Positions 36,881 to 47,967 of a stretch of 57,606 nt of DNA are shown here, piece by piece. The notes under the pieces were generated by a model that had not been told where the DNA came from, did no database searches, and saw only the letters and a list, made by a program, of their open reading frames with translations. Position numbers and translations under genes: made by a program. This DNA comes from an uncultured Saprospiraceae bacterium. Its GTDB lineage: Bacteria > Bacteroidota > Bacteroidia > Chitinophagales > Saprospiraceae. Each line of letters starts with the position of its first letter. Position 1 is the first letter of the stretch. The stretch lies in NCBI GenBank assembly GCA_964458675.1, contig CAYWOZ010000001.1:1-57606 (forward strand), read 5' to 3'.

Positions 36881-37090
36881 GTTTGGGTGTGCCCCTACAC
36901 TCCCCCGAAAAGGTGTCGTTTTGGGTCAGGCTATCCTGTACTGCACTTCGTTTCGGTATAGAGGGCTAGTTTGGATTACGAAATTGATTGATGACCAAAT
37001 GAGGATAAATACTAAAGTTTGAGTTTTGATTAATTGTTACCCTCTACACTCCTCCTTGTCAGTCGGCTACATACTATCCTTCACACAGTA
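36881..37090. other. GC-rich intergenic island H with a diverged direct repeat
   Basis: Convergent intergenic region. CCCCTACACTCCCCC (36892-36906) and CCTCTACACTCCTCC (37041-37055) match 13/15 with an exact 9-mer CTACACTCC, and each is followed by CTATCCT. Confidence 0.35.
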
Positions 37091-37115
37091 AAGAGCTGTA
37101 TTATAAGATGTTAGG

Positions 37116-37568
37116 TCAAAAAATTATTTTTCCATTCCACCAATTCTTTTCGATGGTAGCATTCTTTTTATCGTAGAATTTAAGAGCAGGCGTGTTCCAG
37201 TCTAGGACTTGCCATTTCACCAATTTGGCTTCTTTTTTCTTTGAAATTTCTAAAAATTTTTCAAAAATAAGGTCTCCAATTCCTTCTCTTCGATACTCTT
37301 CCAATACAATAAAATCCTCTAAGTATATCATTCTTCCTTTCCAGGTAGAAAAAGTTGTGTAAAAAAGAGCCATTCCAATCGTTTTAGTCACATTTTTTGC
37401 TAAAATGACCTCGAAGACCCCTTCGTTAAAGCACTTTTTGTACTCATTTAGGTCAGTAGTGACAGATTCCGGCTCTTTCTCATAAACTGCTAGTTGTTTT
37501 ACGAGCTCAAATATCTGAGGTAGATCAGATTCTTCAGCTAGCACTAATTTTATTGATTTGTGTTCCAT
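37116..37568 (-). CDS. GNAT-family N-acetyltransferase (diamine acetyltransferase-like)
   Basis: 150 aa with a typical GNAT core (RREGIGDLIFEKFLEISKK). Confidence 0.75.
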   Translation of the reverse strand: MEHKSIKLVLAEESDLPQIFELVKQLAVYEKEPESVTTDLNEYKKCFNEGVFEVILAKNVTKTIGMALFYTTFSTWKGRMIYLEDFIVLEEYRREGIGDLIFEKFLEISKKKEAKLVKWQVLDWNTPALKFYDKKNATIEKNWWNGKIIF

Positions 37569-37632
37569 TGTTGTATTGCTTTAATAATGAAATGATGTAG
37601 TATGAAAGCCCTTTGAAACGGGCACTTTTCTG

Positions 37633-37663
37633 TTGTTTTTATGAAAATATAGTCGTACATTTG
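37633..37663 (+). promoter_or_regulatory. candidate Bacteroidota promoter of the rpsL operon
   Basis: -33 TTG (37633-37635) and -7 TACATTTG (37656-37663) separated by a 20-nt spacer. It sits 100 nt upstream of rpsL. Confidence 0.45.
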
Positions 37664-37762
37664 CGTTCCCTTTTGAGAAAGGGTTGAAATACTTCGTATA
37701 ATTAATTAACAACCAGGCATTTAAATAACTTTTGTGTTTGGTGATATAAACAAATAAGGTAT

Positions 37763-38137
37763 ATGCCTACTATCAATCAACTTGTTCGTAAAGGTAGAAA
37801 ACAAATAATTACCAAGAGTAAGTCTAAAGCTTTAGAAAGCTCTCCTCAAAAAAGAGGTGTTTGCACTAGAGTATATACGACTACTCCTAAGAAACCTAAC
37901 TCAGCTCTACGTAAGGTGGCAAAAGTTAGATTGACGAATGGGTTTGAAGTAATATGCTATATCCCTGGTGAAGGTCACAATTTACAAGAGCACTCTATTG
38001 TACTTGTAAGAGGGGGTAGAGTTAAGGATTTACCTGGGGTTAGATATACTATCGTAAGAGGAGCATTGGATACAGCGGGTGTTGCAGATAGAACACAATC
38101 ACGAAGTAAATACGGCGCAAAGCGTCCTAAGAAATAG
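37763..38137 (+). CDS. rpsL: 30S ribosomal protein S12
   Basis: Starts [13 protein letters not shown]..., unmistakably uS12. Confidence 0.97.
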   Translation: MPTINQLVRKGRKQIITKSKSKALESSPQKRGVCTRVYTTTPKKPNSALRKVAKVRLTNGFEVICYIPGEGHNLQEHSIVLVRGGRVKDLPGVRYTIVRGALDTAGVADRTQSRSKYGAKRPKK

Positions 38138-38186
38138 AATTAATAAACTTTTGATATACAATTAGTATCCTACTTAATATATAGAT

Positions 38187-38654
38187 ATGCGTAAAAGAAA
38201 GCCAAAATTAAGAATCGTTAAGCCAGACCCTAGATTTGGTGATATCATGGTTACACAGTTTGTCAACAACATGATGTTGGCTGGAAAGAAAAGTACAGCT
38301 TTTGAGGTTTTCTATAATGCTATGGATATCATAGAAGAGAAAACTAAAGAGAATCCTCATAAGATATGGAAGGATGGTCTTAATAACGTAATTCCTCAAG
38401 TAGAAGTAAGAAGTAGAAGAATTGGAGGGGCTACTTTTCAGATTCCTACTGAAATCAGAGCTGCCCGAAAGATATCAATCGGAATGAAGTGGGTTATTAG
38501 GTTTGCACGTCAAAGAAGTGGAAAAGGTTTTGCAGAAAAGTTGTCTGCTGAGCTGATCGCAGCTAGTAAGAATGAAGGCGCTGCTGTTAAGAGAAAGGAA
38601 GAAACACATAAAATGGCGGAATCTAACAGAGCATTTGCACACTTTAGAGTGTAG
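38187..38654 (+). CDS. rpsG: 30S ribosomal protein S7
   Basis: 155 aa with uS7 pattern, following rpsL. Confidence 0.95.
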   Translation: MRKRKPKLRIVKPDPRFGDIMVTQFVNNMMLAGKKSTAFEVFYNAMDIIEEKTKENPHKIWKDGLNNVIPQVEVRSRRIGGATFQIPTEIRAARKISIGMKWVIRFARQRSGKGFAEKLSAELIAASKNEGAAVKRKEETHKMAESNRAFAHFRV

Positions 38655-38719
38655 TATAACTCTTTTAGCTTCTTTACGTTTACAGAAGAAACAATTATAA
38701 ATATCACAATTAAGTCGTT

Positions 38720-40855
38720 ATGGCAATAGATTTAAAATTTACTCGTAATATCGGTATCGCTGCGCACATTGATGCAGGAAAGACAACGACTACTGAGAGA
38801 GTATTATACTATACAGGTATCAGTCACAAGATTGGTGAAGTACACGATGGTGCTGCTACTATGGATTGGATGGAGCAGGAGCAAGAAAGAGGAATTACAA
38901 TAACCTCTGCTGCAACCAAGACATCTTGGAAGTGGAAAGGTCAAGAGTTTCCTATTAACATTATTGATACTCCAGGTCACGTTGATTTTACCGTTGAGGT
39001 AGAAAGATCGCTTCGTGTACTCGATGGTGTTGTCGCATTATTTTGTGCAGTATCAGGTGTGGAGCCACAATCTGAAACAGTTTGGAGACAAGCTGATAAG
39101 TATAAAGTGCCAAGAATCGGTTTTGTTAACAAAATGGATAGATCTGGTGCTAACTTCTTTGATGTGGTAAAAGATGTTAGAGATAAATTAGGTGCAAATG
39201 CAGTTGCATTACAAGTGCCAATTGGAGCAGAAGAAACTTTTGAAGGAATCGTTGATTTGATCACAAACAAAGCAATCGTTTGGGACAACAATGATGCAGG
39301 GATGACTTTTAGTGAAATTCCGATTCCAGAAGATATTGCAGACTTAGTTACTGAACATAGAGGAAAGCTAATTGAGGAGGTTGCAGAATACGATGACAAG
39401 CTTCTCGAAAAGTTTTTCGAAGATCCAAACTCTATCACAGAGGAAGAGATGATTGCTGCAATTCGTGCTGCTGTTATTGATATGAAGATTACACCTATGA
39501 TGTGTGGTTCTGCATTCAAAAATAAGGGAGTACAGATTCTTTTGGATGCAGTTTGTGCTTATCTTCCTTCTCCAGTTGATTTGGAGGCTATTGTAGGTAC
39601 AAATCCTAAGACAGATGAAGAGGTAACTAGAAAGCCTAACTCTGATGAGCCTTTTACTGCTTTAGCATTTAAGATTGCAACTGATCCTTTTGTTGGAAGA
39701 TTGTGTTTCTTCAGAGTTTACTCTGGTGCCTTAGATGCTGGGTCTTACGTATTGAACACAAGATCTGGTAACAAGGAAAGAATTTCTAGAATATACCAAA
39801 TGCACGCAAATAAGCAGAAGCCTATCGATCGTGTAGAAGCAGGTGATATTGCTGCAGGTGTGGGATTTAAGGATTTGAGAACGGGAGATACGATTTGTGA
39901 TGAGAAGAATCCAATCATTTTAGAAAACATTACTTTTCCTGATCCAGTTATCGGTATCGCTATTGAGCCTAAGACTCAAAAGGATATGGATAAGTTAGGA
40001 ATGTCTCTAGCAAAGCTTGCTGAAGAAGACCCTACGTTCAAAGTTGCATACGATGAGGAAACTAACCAGACTGTTATTAGCGGTATGGGAGAGTTGCACT
40101 TAGAGATTATCATTGATAGATTAAAGAGAGAGTTCAAGGTAGAATGTAACCAAGGACAACCTCAAGTAAGTTATAAAGAGGCATTAAATGTAACTGTATC
40201 TCACAGAGAAAGATTGAAGAAGCAGTCTGGTGGATCTGGTTTATTTGCTGAAATGGAATTTGAATTAGGACCTGCAGATCAAGAATTTCTTGATAGTGAA
40301 GAATTCAAAGCTGGAAAAGTTAAGCTTCAGTTTGTAAATAATATTACTGGTGGAGCTATTCCTAAGGAATATCTTCCATCTGTACAGAAAGGATTCCTCC
40401 AGATGATGGATAATGGAATCTTGGCTGGGTACAACATTGAGGCAATGAAAGTGAGGGTGTATGATGGTAAGATTCACGCAGTGGATTCTAAACCTATCGC
40501 ATTTGAATTGTGTGCTAAAGAAGGATTCAGGGAAGCGGCGCCTAAGACAAAGCCAGTATTGTTAGAGCCAATTATGAAATTGGAGGTAGTTTCTCCTGAA
40601 GAGTTTGTTGGTAGTGTTATCGGTGACCTTAACAGAAGAAGAGGGCTTCCAAAATCACAGGATGTTCGTACAGGTAATGTAGTTGCTATATTGGCGGATG
40701 TACCATTATCTGAAATGTTTGGATATGTAACGTCATTAAGAACAATTACATCAGGTAGAGCAAATTCAACAATGGAGTTCTCGCATTACGCACCAGCGCC
40801 TAAGAATGTAGCTGAGGAGATCATCTCTAAGGCAAAAGGAACTGCAAATGTTTAA
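38720..40855 (+). CDS. fusA: elongation factor G
   Basis: 711 aa with GTPase motifs ([21 protein letters not shown]). Confidence 0.97.
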   Translation: MAIDLKFTRNIGIAAHIDAGKTTTTERVLYYTGISHKIGEVHDGAATMDWMEQEQERGITITSAATKTSWKWKGQEFPINIIDTPGHVDFTVEVERSLRVLDGVVALFCAVSGVEPQSETVWRQADKYKVPRIGFVNKMDRSGANFFDVVKDVRDKLGANAVALQVPIGAEETFEGIVDLITNKAIVWDNNDAGMTFSEIPIPEDIADLVTEHRGKLIEEVAEYDDKLLEKFFEDPNSITEEEMIAAIRAAVIDMKITPMMCGSAFKNKGVQILLDAVCAYLPSPVDLEAIVGTNPKTDEEVTRKPNSDEPFTALAFKIATDPFVGRLCFFRVYSGALDAGSYVLNTRSGNKERISRIYQMHANKQKPIDRVEAGDIAAGVGFKDLRTGDTICDEKNPIILENITFPDPVIGIAIEPKTQKDMDKLGMSLAKLAEEDPTFKVAYDEETNQTVISGMGELHLEIIIDRLKREFKVECNQGQPQVSYKEALNVTVSHRERLKKQSGGSGLFAEMEFELGPADQEFLDSEEFKAGKVKLQFVNNITGGAIPKEYLPSVQKGFLQMMDNGILAGYNIEAMKVRVYDGKIHAVDSKPIAFELCAKEGFREAAPKTKPVLLEPIMKLEVVSPEEFVGSVIGDLNRRRGLPKSQDVRTGNVVAILADVPLSEMFGYVTSLRTITSGRANSTMEFSHYAPAPKNVAEEIISKAKGTANV

Positions 40856-40871
40856 AATAAAACAATAAACC

Positions 40872-40902
40872 TTTGACTATTGGGCTGTAAAGTGTATCTT
40901 TG
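40872..40902 (+). promoter_or_regulatory. candidate internal promoter for the S10 operon
   Basis: -33 TTTG (40872-40875) and -7 TATCTTTG (40895-40902) with a 19-nt spacer. It is embedded in a 14-bp hairpin (40879-40911). Confidence 0.45.
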
Positions 40903-40950
40903 CAGCCCAATTAGTATTATGCTAATTAATTTGAAATTTTTATTAGGGAT

Positions 40951-41259
40951 ATGAATCAGAAAATAAGAATCAAGCTACGTTCGTACGATCACAATTTAGT
41001 AGATAAGTCTACTGAAAAGATTGTGAAGACTGTACGTACTAGTGGTGCTGTTATAACAGGACCCATTCCGCTGCCCACTGAAAAGAAAATCTTCACTGTA
41101 TTACGTTCACCTCACGTGAATAAAAAGTCTAGAGAACAGTTTCAGCTGCGCACACATAAACGTCTTATTGAAATCTATACCCCTACGCAAAAGACCGTAG
41201 ATGCGCTTTCCAAGTTGGAACTGCCTAGTGGAGTTGACATTCAAGTCAAACTTACCTAA
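40951..41259 (+). CDS. rpsJ: 30S ribosomal protein S10
   Basis: Starts [18 protein letters not shown]..., uS10. Confidence 0.96.
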   Translation: MNQKIRIKLRSYDHNLVDKSTEKIVKTVRTSGAVITGPIPLPTEKKIFTVLRSPHVNKKSREQFQLRTHKRLIEIYTPTQKTVDALSKLELPSGVDIQVKLT

Positions 41260-41350
41260 GCCTACCTTCTTATAAGTATACATTTAGCGGTATTTTTTTG
41301 AAACAGAGTATCCACGTTTTGTGGATTGCTTACTATAAATTTGATTCATT

Positions 41351-42013
41351 GTGAATGGATTAATCGGACAGAAAATTGGTATGACCAGCATTTTTAACGA
41401 AGCTGGGAAGAACATCGCTTGTACAGTTGTTGAAGTTGGACCTTGTGTGATTACACAAGTTAAGACTACAGATACTGACGGGTACAATGCTTTGCAAATT
41501 GGTTTCGGTGACGCGAAAGCAAAAAATACTTCAAAAGCAATGATTAAGCACTTAGAGAAAGCAGGTACTGCTCCTAAGCGCAAGATCACTGAATTCAGAG
41601 ATTTCAATGTTGATGCATTGATTAGTCCTGGAGAAGGAGAAGGAGAAGTAGGAGCCAAAGGATTGGGAGACTTACTTACTGTAGGTGAAGTATTCGCTGA
41701 AGGAGATAAAGTAAGTGTATCTGGATCTTCAAAAGGAAAAGGTTTCCAAGGGGTTGTAAAGAGATACAACTTTAAAGGAGTGAATGATGCGACTCACGGT
41801 CAGCATAACAGACAAAGGGCTCCTGGTTCTATCGGTGCTGCTTCTTATCCTGCGAAAGTATTCAAAGGAATGAGAATGGGCGGAAGAATGGGGAACACTA
41901 AAGTGAAAATCCAAAATTTGGAAGTTGTAAAAATATTTCCTGAAAAGAATCTTCTATTGATTAAAGGTGCTTTACCTGGTCATAAAGGAGCTTACGTAAT
42001 TATAGAAAAATAA
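41351..42013 (+). CDS. rplC: 50S ribosomal protein L3
   Basis: GTG start, [14 protein letters not shown]..., uL3. Confidence 0.93.
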   Translation: MNGLIGQKIGMTSIFNEAGKNIACTVVEVGPCVITQVKTTDTDGYNALQIGFGDAKAKNTSKAMIKHLEKAGTAPKRKITEFRDFNVDALISPGEGEGEVGAKGLGDLLTVGEVFAEGDKVSVSGSSKGKGFQGVVKRYNFKGVNDATHGQHNRQRAPGSIGAASYPAKVFKGMRMGGRMGNTKVKIQNLEVVKIFPEKNLLLIKGALPGHKGAYVIIEK

Positions 42014-42019
42014 TCAATT

Positions 42020-42646
42020 ATGAAGATTGATGTAGTTGATATAAAAGGCAATAAGACAGGAAGGTCAGTAGACTTACCGGATAATATCTTTGGTGTTGAA
42101 GCCAACCAGCATGCTATATACCTTGACGTGAAACAACACCTTGCTAATAAAAGACAAGGGACAAGCAAGTCAAAGGAAAGAGGTGAGGTTGCAGGTTCAA
42201 GAAGAAAGATTAAGAAGCAGAAAGGTACAGGTACTGCAAGAGCAGGGGATATCAAATCACCAATATTCAGAGGTGGTGGTAGAATTTTTGGTCCAAAACC
42301 AAGAACCTACAAATCAAAGTTGAATAAGAAAGTTAGAACATTAGCAAGAAAATCTGCGATTTCAGTAAAAGCTAGTGCAGGTAAATTGATGATAATAGAA
42401 GACTTTACTTTTGATGCGCCAAAAACAAAAGAATTCGCAAGTATCATTTCTAGCTTAGACTTGAAGGGGAAGCGTTCTCTTTTAGTTACTGGAGAAGTAG
42501 ATAAGGCAGTGTATATGTCTTGTAGAAATTTGCAAAATGCAGCTGTAGCTAGTAGTACAAGCCTTAGCACATATGAGATAATGCATGCAAATACATTAAT
42601 CATAAGCGAAGGCGCGGTTGATAAACTTAAAACTATCCTAGCTTAA
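42020..42646 (+). CDS. rplD: 50S ribosomal protein L4
   Basis: 208 aa with the uL4 pattern (KQKGTGTARAGDIKSPIFRGGG). Confidence 0.95.
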   Translation: MKIDVVDIKGNKTGRSVDLPDNIFGVEANQHAIYLDVKQHLANKRQGTSKSKERGEVAGSRRKIKKQKGTGTARAGDIKSPIFRGGGRIFGPKPRTYKSKLNKKVRTLARKSAISVKASAGKLMIIEDFTFDAPKTKEFASIISSLDLKGKRSLLVTGEVDKAVYMSCRNLQNAAVASSTSLSTYEIMHANTLIISEGAVDKLKTILA

Positions 42647-42656
42647 TCATAGAATT

Positions 42657-42953
42657 ATGAAAAAGAAAATATTAATCAAGCCTTTAATAACAGAGAAATC
42701 TGAAATGATTTCTGAAAAAGAGAACAAGGCTTGCTTTGTGGTGCATCGTCGTGCTAACAAAATAGAGATTAAAAAAGCGGTTGAAGAAGCTTACAATGTT
42801 AGTGTTGTTAGTGTAAACACAGCTGTGATGCCTGGAAAGACGAAAAGTAGAAATACTAAGTCAGGTGTAATAAAAGGAAAGAGTTCATCTTTTAAGAAAG
42901 CTATTGTAAAATTAGCTGAAGGTGAAGATCTTAACCTATATGGTGAAATGTAA
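42657..42953 (+). CDS. rplW: 50S ribosomal protein L23
   Basis: 98 aa, assigned by position and uL23 pattern. Confidence 0.93.
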   Translation: MKKKILIKPLITEKSEMISEKENKACFVVHRRANKIEIKKAVEEAYNVSVVSVNTAVMPGKTKSRNTKSGVIKGKSSSFKKAIVKLAEGEDLNLYGEM

Positions 42954-42990
42954 TCTATTGTAAATACAGATAGAAAAGATTTAAAAAGAT

Positions 42991-43827
42991 ATGCCAGTTA
43001 AAAAGTACAATCCAATCACACCAGGAACTCGATTTAGAGTGGGTAATGATTATTCTGCTCTGACTACCTCAAAGCCAGAAAAGAGTCTTCTTGCTCCCAT
43101 GAAAAGATCAGGTGGACGTAATGCTACTGGACGCATGACGCAAAGATATATAGGAGGTGGACATAAGCGTAGATATAGAATTATCGATTTCAAAAGAGAT
43201 AGAGAAGGATTTGAAGCAACTGTTAGCACTATTGAGTACGATCCAAACAGATCTGCTTATATCGCATTGACACAGTTCGAGGATGGAGAGAAGAGATATA
43301 TAATAGCTCCAGACGGATTAAATGTTGGAGACAAAATTAATTCTGGAAAAGGAGCTGAGCCAAATGTTGGAAATGCGCTTTACTTAAGTGATATTCCATT
43401 AGGTTCTGTAATCCACGCAATAGAATTGAAGCCTGGAAAAGGAGCAGCATTAGCGAGAAGTGCAGGTACGTACGGTACATTAATGGGTAGAGAAGGGAAG
43501 TATGCAAGTGTACGCCTTCCTTCTGGTGAAGTAAGAAGAATCCTAGTAACATGCAAAGCAACTGTAGGAAGTACTTCTAATCCTGATCACAGTTTACAAG
43601 TGTTAGGAAAAGCAGGTAGAAAAAGATGGTTAGGAAAGCGTCCACACACTAGAGGTGTAGCGATGAATCCAGTAGATCACCCGATGGGTGGTGGTGAAGG
43701 TAAAGCTTCAGGTGGACACCCAAGATCACGAACTGGTATCATGGCGAAAGGACAGAAAACAAGAAAATTGAGAAAGTACTCTGATAAGATGATTATCTCA
43801 AAGCGTAAATCAAAAAGTAAGAAATAA
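42991..43827 (+). CDS. rplB: 50S ribosomal protein L2
   Basis: 278 aa, uL2 ([12 protein letters not shown]). Confidence 0.97.
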   Translation: MPVKKYNPITPGTRFRVGNDYSALTTSKPEKSLLAPMKRSGGRNATGRMTQRYIGGGHKRRYRIIDFKRDREGFEATVSTIEYDPNRSAYIALTQFEDGEKRYIIAPDGLNVGDKINSGKGAEPNVGNALYLSDIPLGSVIHAIELKPGKGAALARSAGTYGTLMGREGKYASVRLPSGEVRRILVTCKATVGSTSNPDHSLQVLGKAGRKRWLGKRPHTRGVAMNPVDHPMGGGEGKASGGHPRSRTGIMAKGQKTRKLRKYSDKMIISKRKSKSKK

Positions 43828-43836
43828 ACAATAGTA

Positions 43837-44103
43837 ATGGCAAGATCTGTAAAAAAAGGACCTTACGTCTTTCATAAGCTTTTGACAAAAGTCTTTAAAG
43901 CTAAAGAGTCAAAGAAGAAGTCTGTAATCAAGACTTGGTCAAGAGCATCTATGATCATACCAGATATGGTTGGTGAAACGATTGCAGTACATAACGGTAA
44001 AACCTTCGTTCCTGTTTTTGTTACAGAGAACATGGTTGGACACAAATTGGGAGAGTTTTCTCCAACGAGGTCTTACAAAGGGCACTCAGGTAACAGAAAA
44101 TAG
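43837..44103 (+). CDS. rpsS: 30S ribosomal protein S19
   Basis: Starts [11 protein letters not shown]..., uS19. Confidence 0.96.
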   Translation: MARSVKKGPYVFHKLLTKVFKAKESKKKSVIKTWSRASMIIPDMVGETIAVHNGKTFVPVFVTENMVGHKLGEFSPTRSYKGHSGNRK

Positions 44104-44131
44104 ATTTTACTATTTCTAAATATTAGATAAA

Positions 44132-44524
44132 ATGGAAGCAGTAGCTAAATTGAAAAATTGCCCAATGTCAGAAAGAAAGATGAGATTGGTAGTGCAAAAC
44201 ATCAGGGGCAAAAATATTGACAAAGCTTTAGACATTCTAAGGTTTACCAATAAGGAAGCATCTTCTTGGGCTGAAAAAGTTTTAGTATCAGCCATTGCAA
44301 ATTGGGAATACAAAAATGGAATGAGCATTAGTGCTGATGATCATGACTTGTATGTCAAGACTGCTCTAGTTGATAAAGGATATATGCTTAAAAGATTCAG
44401 ACCTGCTCCACACGGTAGAGCACACAGAATCAGAAAGCGCACGAATCATATTACAATAATTGTAGAAAATAGAAAGCCAACATCTATGGATGAGGCTGAT
44501 AATAACTCTTCTGAGGAAGAATAA
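44132..44524 (+). CDS. rplV: 50S ribosomal protein L22
   Basis: 130 aa, uL22 with a short acidic C-terminal tail. Confidence 0.94.
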   Translation: MEAVAKLKNCPMSERKMRLVVQNIRGKNIDKALDILRFTNKEASSWAEKVLVSAIANWEYKNGMSISADDHDLYVKTALVDKGYMLKRFRPAPHGRAHRIRKRTNHITIIVENRKPTSMDEADNNSSEEE

Positions 44525-44534
44525 AAAGTAGATA

Positions 44535-45287
44535 ATGGGTCAAAAGACAAATCCAATTGGTAATAGACTAGGAATCATTAAAGGATGGCAATCCAACTGG
44601 TTCGGTGGCAATAACTTTGGTGACAAAGTAGTAGAGGATGAGCGAATTCGCAAGTACCTCCGTGCACGTGTTAGCAAAGGTGGTGTATCTAAGATTATTA
44701 TCGAAAGAACACTTAAGAGAATAACAGTTACTATCAATACATCAAGACCAGGTATTATTATTGGAAAAGGTGGGTCTGAAGTAGATCGTATCAAGGAAGA
44801 GTTAAAGAAACTTACTGGAAGTGATATTCAGATAAATATCGTTGAGATTCGTAAGCCAGAATTGGATGCCTATATAGTAGGAGAACAAATAGCAAAGCAA
44901 CTTGAATCTAGAATGAACTATAGAAGAGCTATTAAGATGGCTATTCAGTCTACGATCAGAGCTGGAGCAGAAGGAATCAAGGTTAGAATTAGTGGTAGAT
45001 TAAACGGTGCAGAAATGGCACGTTCTGAAGAATACAAGCAAGGTAGAACTCCATTGCATACATTTAGAGCGGATATTGATTATGCATTAGTTGAGGCATT
45101 GACTGTATACGGTAAGATTGGTATAAAGACATGGATTTGTAATGGAGAGGTACTTGGTAAAAGAGATTTGTCACCAAATGTAGGTGTTGATAATAAGAAA
45201 GATAGAAGAGGAGGAAACAGAAGAGGAGGAGATAGAAGAGGAGGAGATAGAAGAGGCGGCGGAAATAGAAGAAATAATAGGAATTAG
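44535..45287 (+). CDS. rpsC: 30S ribosomal protein S3 with C-terminal RGG-repeat tail
   Basis: Starts [14 protein letters not shown]..., uS3. The tail is [28 protein letters not shown]. Confidence 0.96.
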   Translation: MGQKTNPIGNRLGIIKGWQSNWFGGNNFGDKVVEDERIRKYLRARVSKGGVSKIIIERTLKRITVTINTSRPGIIIGKGGSEVDRIKEELKKLTGSDIQINIVEIRKPELDAYIVGEQIAKQLESRMNYRRAIKMAIQSTIRAGAEGIKVRISGRLNGAEMARSEEYKQGRTPLHTFRADIDYALVEALTVYGKIGIKTWICNGEVLGKRDLSPNVGVDNKKDRRGGNRRGGDRRGGDRRGGGNRRNNRN

Positions 45288-45365
45288 ATAATGAATTAAA
45301 AAAGGCGTACCTTTGCCAAACTTTTGAAAAAGGTTCTTTTTTTGATTATAAAATAGGATTAAGAA

Positions 45366-45785
45366 ATGTTACAACCGAAAAGAACAAAATATAGAAAGCA
45401 GCAAAAAGGCAGAAATAGAGGCCTTGCTTATCGTGGTAGTACCGTTGACTTTGGTTCTTTTGGTCTAAAGGCATTAGAGCGTGGAAGATTAACAAGTAGA
45501 CAAATTGAAGCTGCTCGTATCGCCATGACAAGATATATGAAGAGAGAGGGTAAAGTTTGGATTAGGGTTTTTCCAGACAAACCTATGACCTCTAAACCTG
45601 CTGAAGTACGTATGGGAAAGGGTAAAGGAGCCTTGGATCATTATGTTGCTCAAATTAAGCCAGGAAGAATTATGTTCGAAATGGATGGAGTACCAATTGA
45701 AACAGCAAAAGAAGCATTAAGACTTGCTGCTCAAAAATTGCCAATGGCAACTAAGATGGTAGTTCGAAGAGATTACGAACAATAG
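45366..45785 (+). CDS. rplP: 50S ribosomal protein L16
   Basis: Starts [16 protein letters not shown]..., uL16. Confidence 0.96.
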   Translation: MLQPKRTKYRKQQKGRNRGLAYRGSTVDFGSFGLKALERGRLTSRQIEAARIAMTRYMKREGKVWIRVFPDKPMTSKPAEVRMGKGKGALDHYVAQIKPGRIMFEMDGVPIETAKEALRLAAQKLPMATKMVVRRDYEQ

Positions 45786-45820
45786 AAATTAGTAATAAAG
45801 AATAAGTTAATTATATAAAA

Positions 45821-46075
45821 ATGGCTTCAAGTAAATTTCAAGAATTGCAGAGTTTTTCTGATGAAGATTTAAAAGCAGAGCTTTTAACAACTGAAGAACA
45901 GTATGGTAAGCTAAAATTTGACCATGCGGTTAAAGGTTTAGATAACCCATTAATTTTGACAGAAGCAAGAAAAGATATTGCTCGTCTAAAGACAGAGGTT
46001 AGAAGAAGAGAGATTGCTGCTATGTCTGAAGAAGAAATAGTTGGCCGTTCAAAAATTAGAGAACGTAGACGATAG
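45821..46075 (+). CDS. rpmC: 50S ribosomal protein L29 (C-terminally extended)
   Basis: 84 aa, assigned by position and uL29 pattern (LKFDHAVKGLDNP). Confidence 0.88.
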   Translation: MASSKFQELQSFSDEDLKAELLTTEEQYGKLKFDHAVKGLDNPLILTEARKDIARLKTEVRRREIAAMSEEEIVGRSKIRERRR

Positions 46076-46100
46076 TTAACTATATAACATTATTTGAATT

Positions 46101-46358
46101 ATGGCTGAAACGACAAATAAAAAGGTAGTAGTTGGTGTTGTAACTAGCAACTCAATGGAAAAAAGCATCACGATTAATGTAGTTAGAAGACTTCGTCACC
46201 CTATCTATGGTAAGTTCGTGAAGAGATCAAAAAAATTCATGGCTCACGATGAAACGAATGAAGCCAATGTGGGTGATACTGTGAAAATAACTGAATCTAG
46301 ACCATTGAGTAAGAAGAAAAGATGGCGTTTAGTTGAAATACTAGAAAAAGCAAAATAA
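46101..46358 (+). CDS. rpsQ: 30S ribosomal protein S17
   Basis: 85 aa, uS17 pattern. Confidence 0.94.
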   Translation: MAETTNKKVVVGVVTSNSMEKSITINVVRRLRHPIYGKFVKRSKKFMAHDETNEANVGDTVKITESRPLSKKKRWRLVEILEKAK

Positions 46359-46392
46359 TTGTAGGCCAAGTGGCTCTCAAAATAAAATTAAG

Positions 46393-46758
46393 ATGATACA
46401 GCAAGAAAGTAGATTAAAAGTAGCTGATAACAGCGGTGCCAAAGAAGTACTTTGTATAAGAGTATTGGGTGGTTCTAAAAGAAGATATGCTTCTGTAGGA
46501 GATGTTATAGTTGTATCTGTTAAAGATTCTTCACCAGGTGGAGTAAAGAAAGGAACAGTATCAAAGGCCGTAGTTGTCCGCACAAAGAAAGAAGTGCGAA
46601 GAACTGACGGAACATATATCAGATTTGACGACAATGCAGTTGTATTGTTAAACGATTCAGAAGAACCTCGTGGAACTCGTATTTTTGGACCTGTAGCAAG
46701 AGAGCTAAGAGACAAAGATTATATGAGAATTGTATCACTAGCCCCTGAGGTAATATAA
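46393..46758 (+). CDS. rplN: 50S ribosomal protein L14
   Basis: Starts [18 protein letters not shown]..., uL14. Confidence 0.97.
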   Translation: MIQQESRLKVADNSGAKEVLCIRVLGGSKRRYASVGDVIVVSVKDSSPGGVKKGTVSKAVVVRTKKEVRRTDGTYIRFDDNAVVLLNDSEEPRGTRIFGPVARELRDKDYMRIVSLAPEVI

Positions 46759-46769
46759 ATTAAGACATT

Positions 46770-47111
46770 ATGCCTTACAAGAAAGTATTAAACTACAAGC
46801 ATAAAATTAAAATTAAGAAAGGAGATCAGGTAAAGGTTATATCTGGTTCTAATAAAGGTCTTTCTGGTGAAGTTTTACAGGTATTTCCTGCTAAAAACAG
46901 AGCTATCGTGGATGGTGTAAATATTAGAAAAAAGCATACAAAAGCTACTGCTGAAAATGCAGGTGGTATTATAGATAAGGCTGGTCCTATTGATATTTCA
47001 AACCTTATGTTACTTGATCCAGCTAATGGAGAGCCTACTAGATTAGGAAGAAAATTGGTAGATGGCAAGTTGGTAAGATATTCAAAAAAATCAGGAGAAA
47101 TTATTAAGTAA
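46770..47111 (+). CDS. rplX: 50S ribosomal protein L24
   Basis: 113 aa, KOW motif ([15 protein letters not shown]). Confidence 0.94.
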   Translation: MPYKKVLNYKHKIKIKKGDQVKVISGSNKGLSGEVLQVFPAKNRAIVDGVNIRKKHTKATAENAGGIIDKAGPIDISNLMLLDPANGEPTRLGRKLVDGKLVRYSKKSGEIIK

Positions 47112-47668
47112 TGAGTTACGTACCTAGACTTAAGAAGAAATATAGAGAAGAAATCAAGGACAAGCTTATGGAGCAATTTAGTTATGGCTCTGTTATGCAA
47201 GTTCCTAAGATTGTAAAGATTTGTATCAATCAAGGTGTTGGACAAGCAACTCAAGATAAGAAGTTAGCTGATATAGCGCTTGAAGAAATGACTCTAATTG
47301 CTGGTCAAAAGGCAGTACCTACTAAGGCAAGAAAATCCGTTTCGAATTTTAAGTTGAGAGAAGGAATGACTATTGGTGCTCGAGTAACATTGCGTGATGA
47401 GAGAATGTATGAATTTCTCGATAGATTGATTACAATTGCTTTACCGCGAGTAAGAGATTTTCGTGGTATTAATGATAAGAGTTTTGACGGGAGAGGTAAT
47501 TACTCTATGGGTATTACAGAACAGATTATATTTCCAGAAATTGATCTTGATAAGATTAACAAGATTACAGGGATGGATATCAACATAATTACTACTGCGA
47601 AAACAGATGCAGAAGCCCTTGCTTTACTTAAAGAAATGGGTCTTCCATTTAAAAATCAAAGAAATTAA
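47111..47668 (+). CDS. rplE: 50S ribosomal protein L5
   Basis: 185 aa, uL5 pattern. Confidence 0.95.
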   Translation: MSYVPRLKKKYREEIKDKLMEQFSYGSVMQVPKIVKICINQGVGQATQDKKLADIALEEMTLIAGQKAVPTKARKSVSNFKLREGMTIGARVTLRDERMYEFLDRLITIALPRVRDFRGINDKSFDGRGNYSMGITEQIIFPEIDLDKINKITGMDINIITTAKTDAEALALLKEMGLPFKNQRN

Positions 47669-47673
47669 TAATA

Positions 47674-47943
47674 ATGGCTAGAAAATCCCTTATTGCAAGA
47701 GAAAGAAAGAGAGAAAGGATGGTCGCAAAATATGCTGATCTTCGTAAAGAGCTTAAAAAAGCTGGAGATTGGGATGCTTTGGATAAGCTTCCAAGAAACT
47801 CTTCTAAGAAAAGATTGCACAATAGATGTAAACTTACGGGTAGACCAAAAGGCTATATGAGAGATTTTGGTATTTGTAGAGTTGTTTTCAGAAAAATGGC
47901 TTTAGAAGGAAAAATTCCTGGTATTACTAAAGCCAGTTGGTAA
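47674..47943 (+). CDS. rpsN: 30S ribosomal protein S14 (long, non-zinc type)
   Basis: 89 aa, uS14, ends ITKASW. Confidence 0.94.
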   Translation: MARKSLIARERKRERMVAKYADLRKELKKAGDWDALDKLPRNSSKKRLHNRCKLTGRPKGYMRDFGICRVVFRKMALEGKIPGITKASW

Positions 47944-47967
47944 TTATAAATATTTAATAAGAAGACA

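Noticed and set aside
41284-41769. 161-aa minus-strand ORF
   Set aside because: It is entirely antisense to rplC, which is unmistakable. Its composition is low-complexity Pro/Ser-rich, typical of a shadow ORF. The same reasoning applies to 38977-39519 (antisense to fusA), 46377-46715, 46826-47254, 50954-51289, 56076-56378 and the other short antisense ORFs inside well-supported genes.
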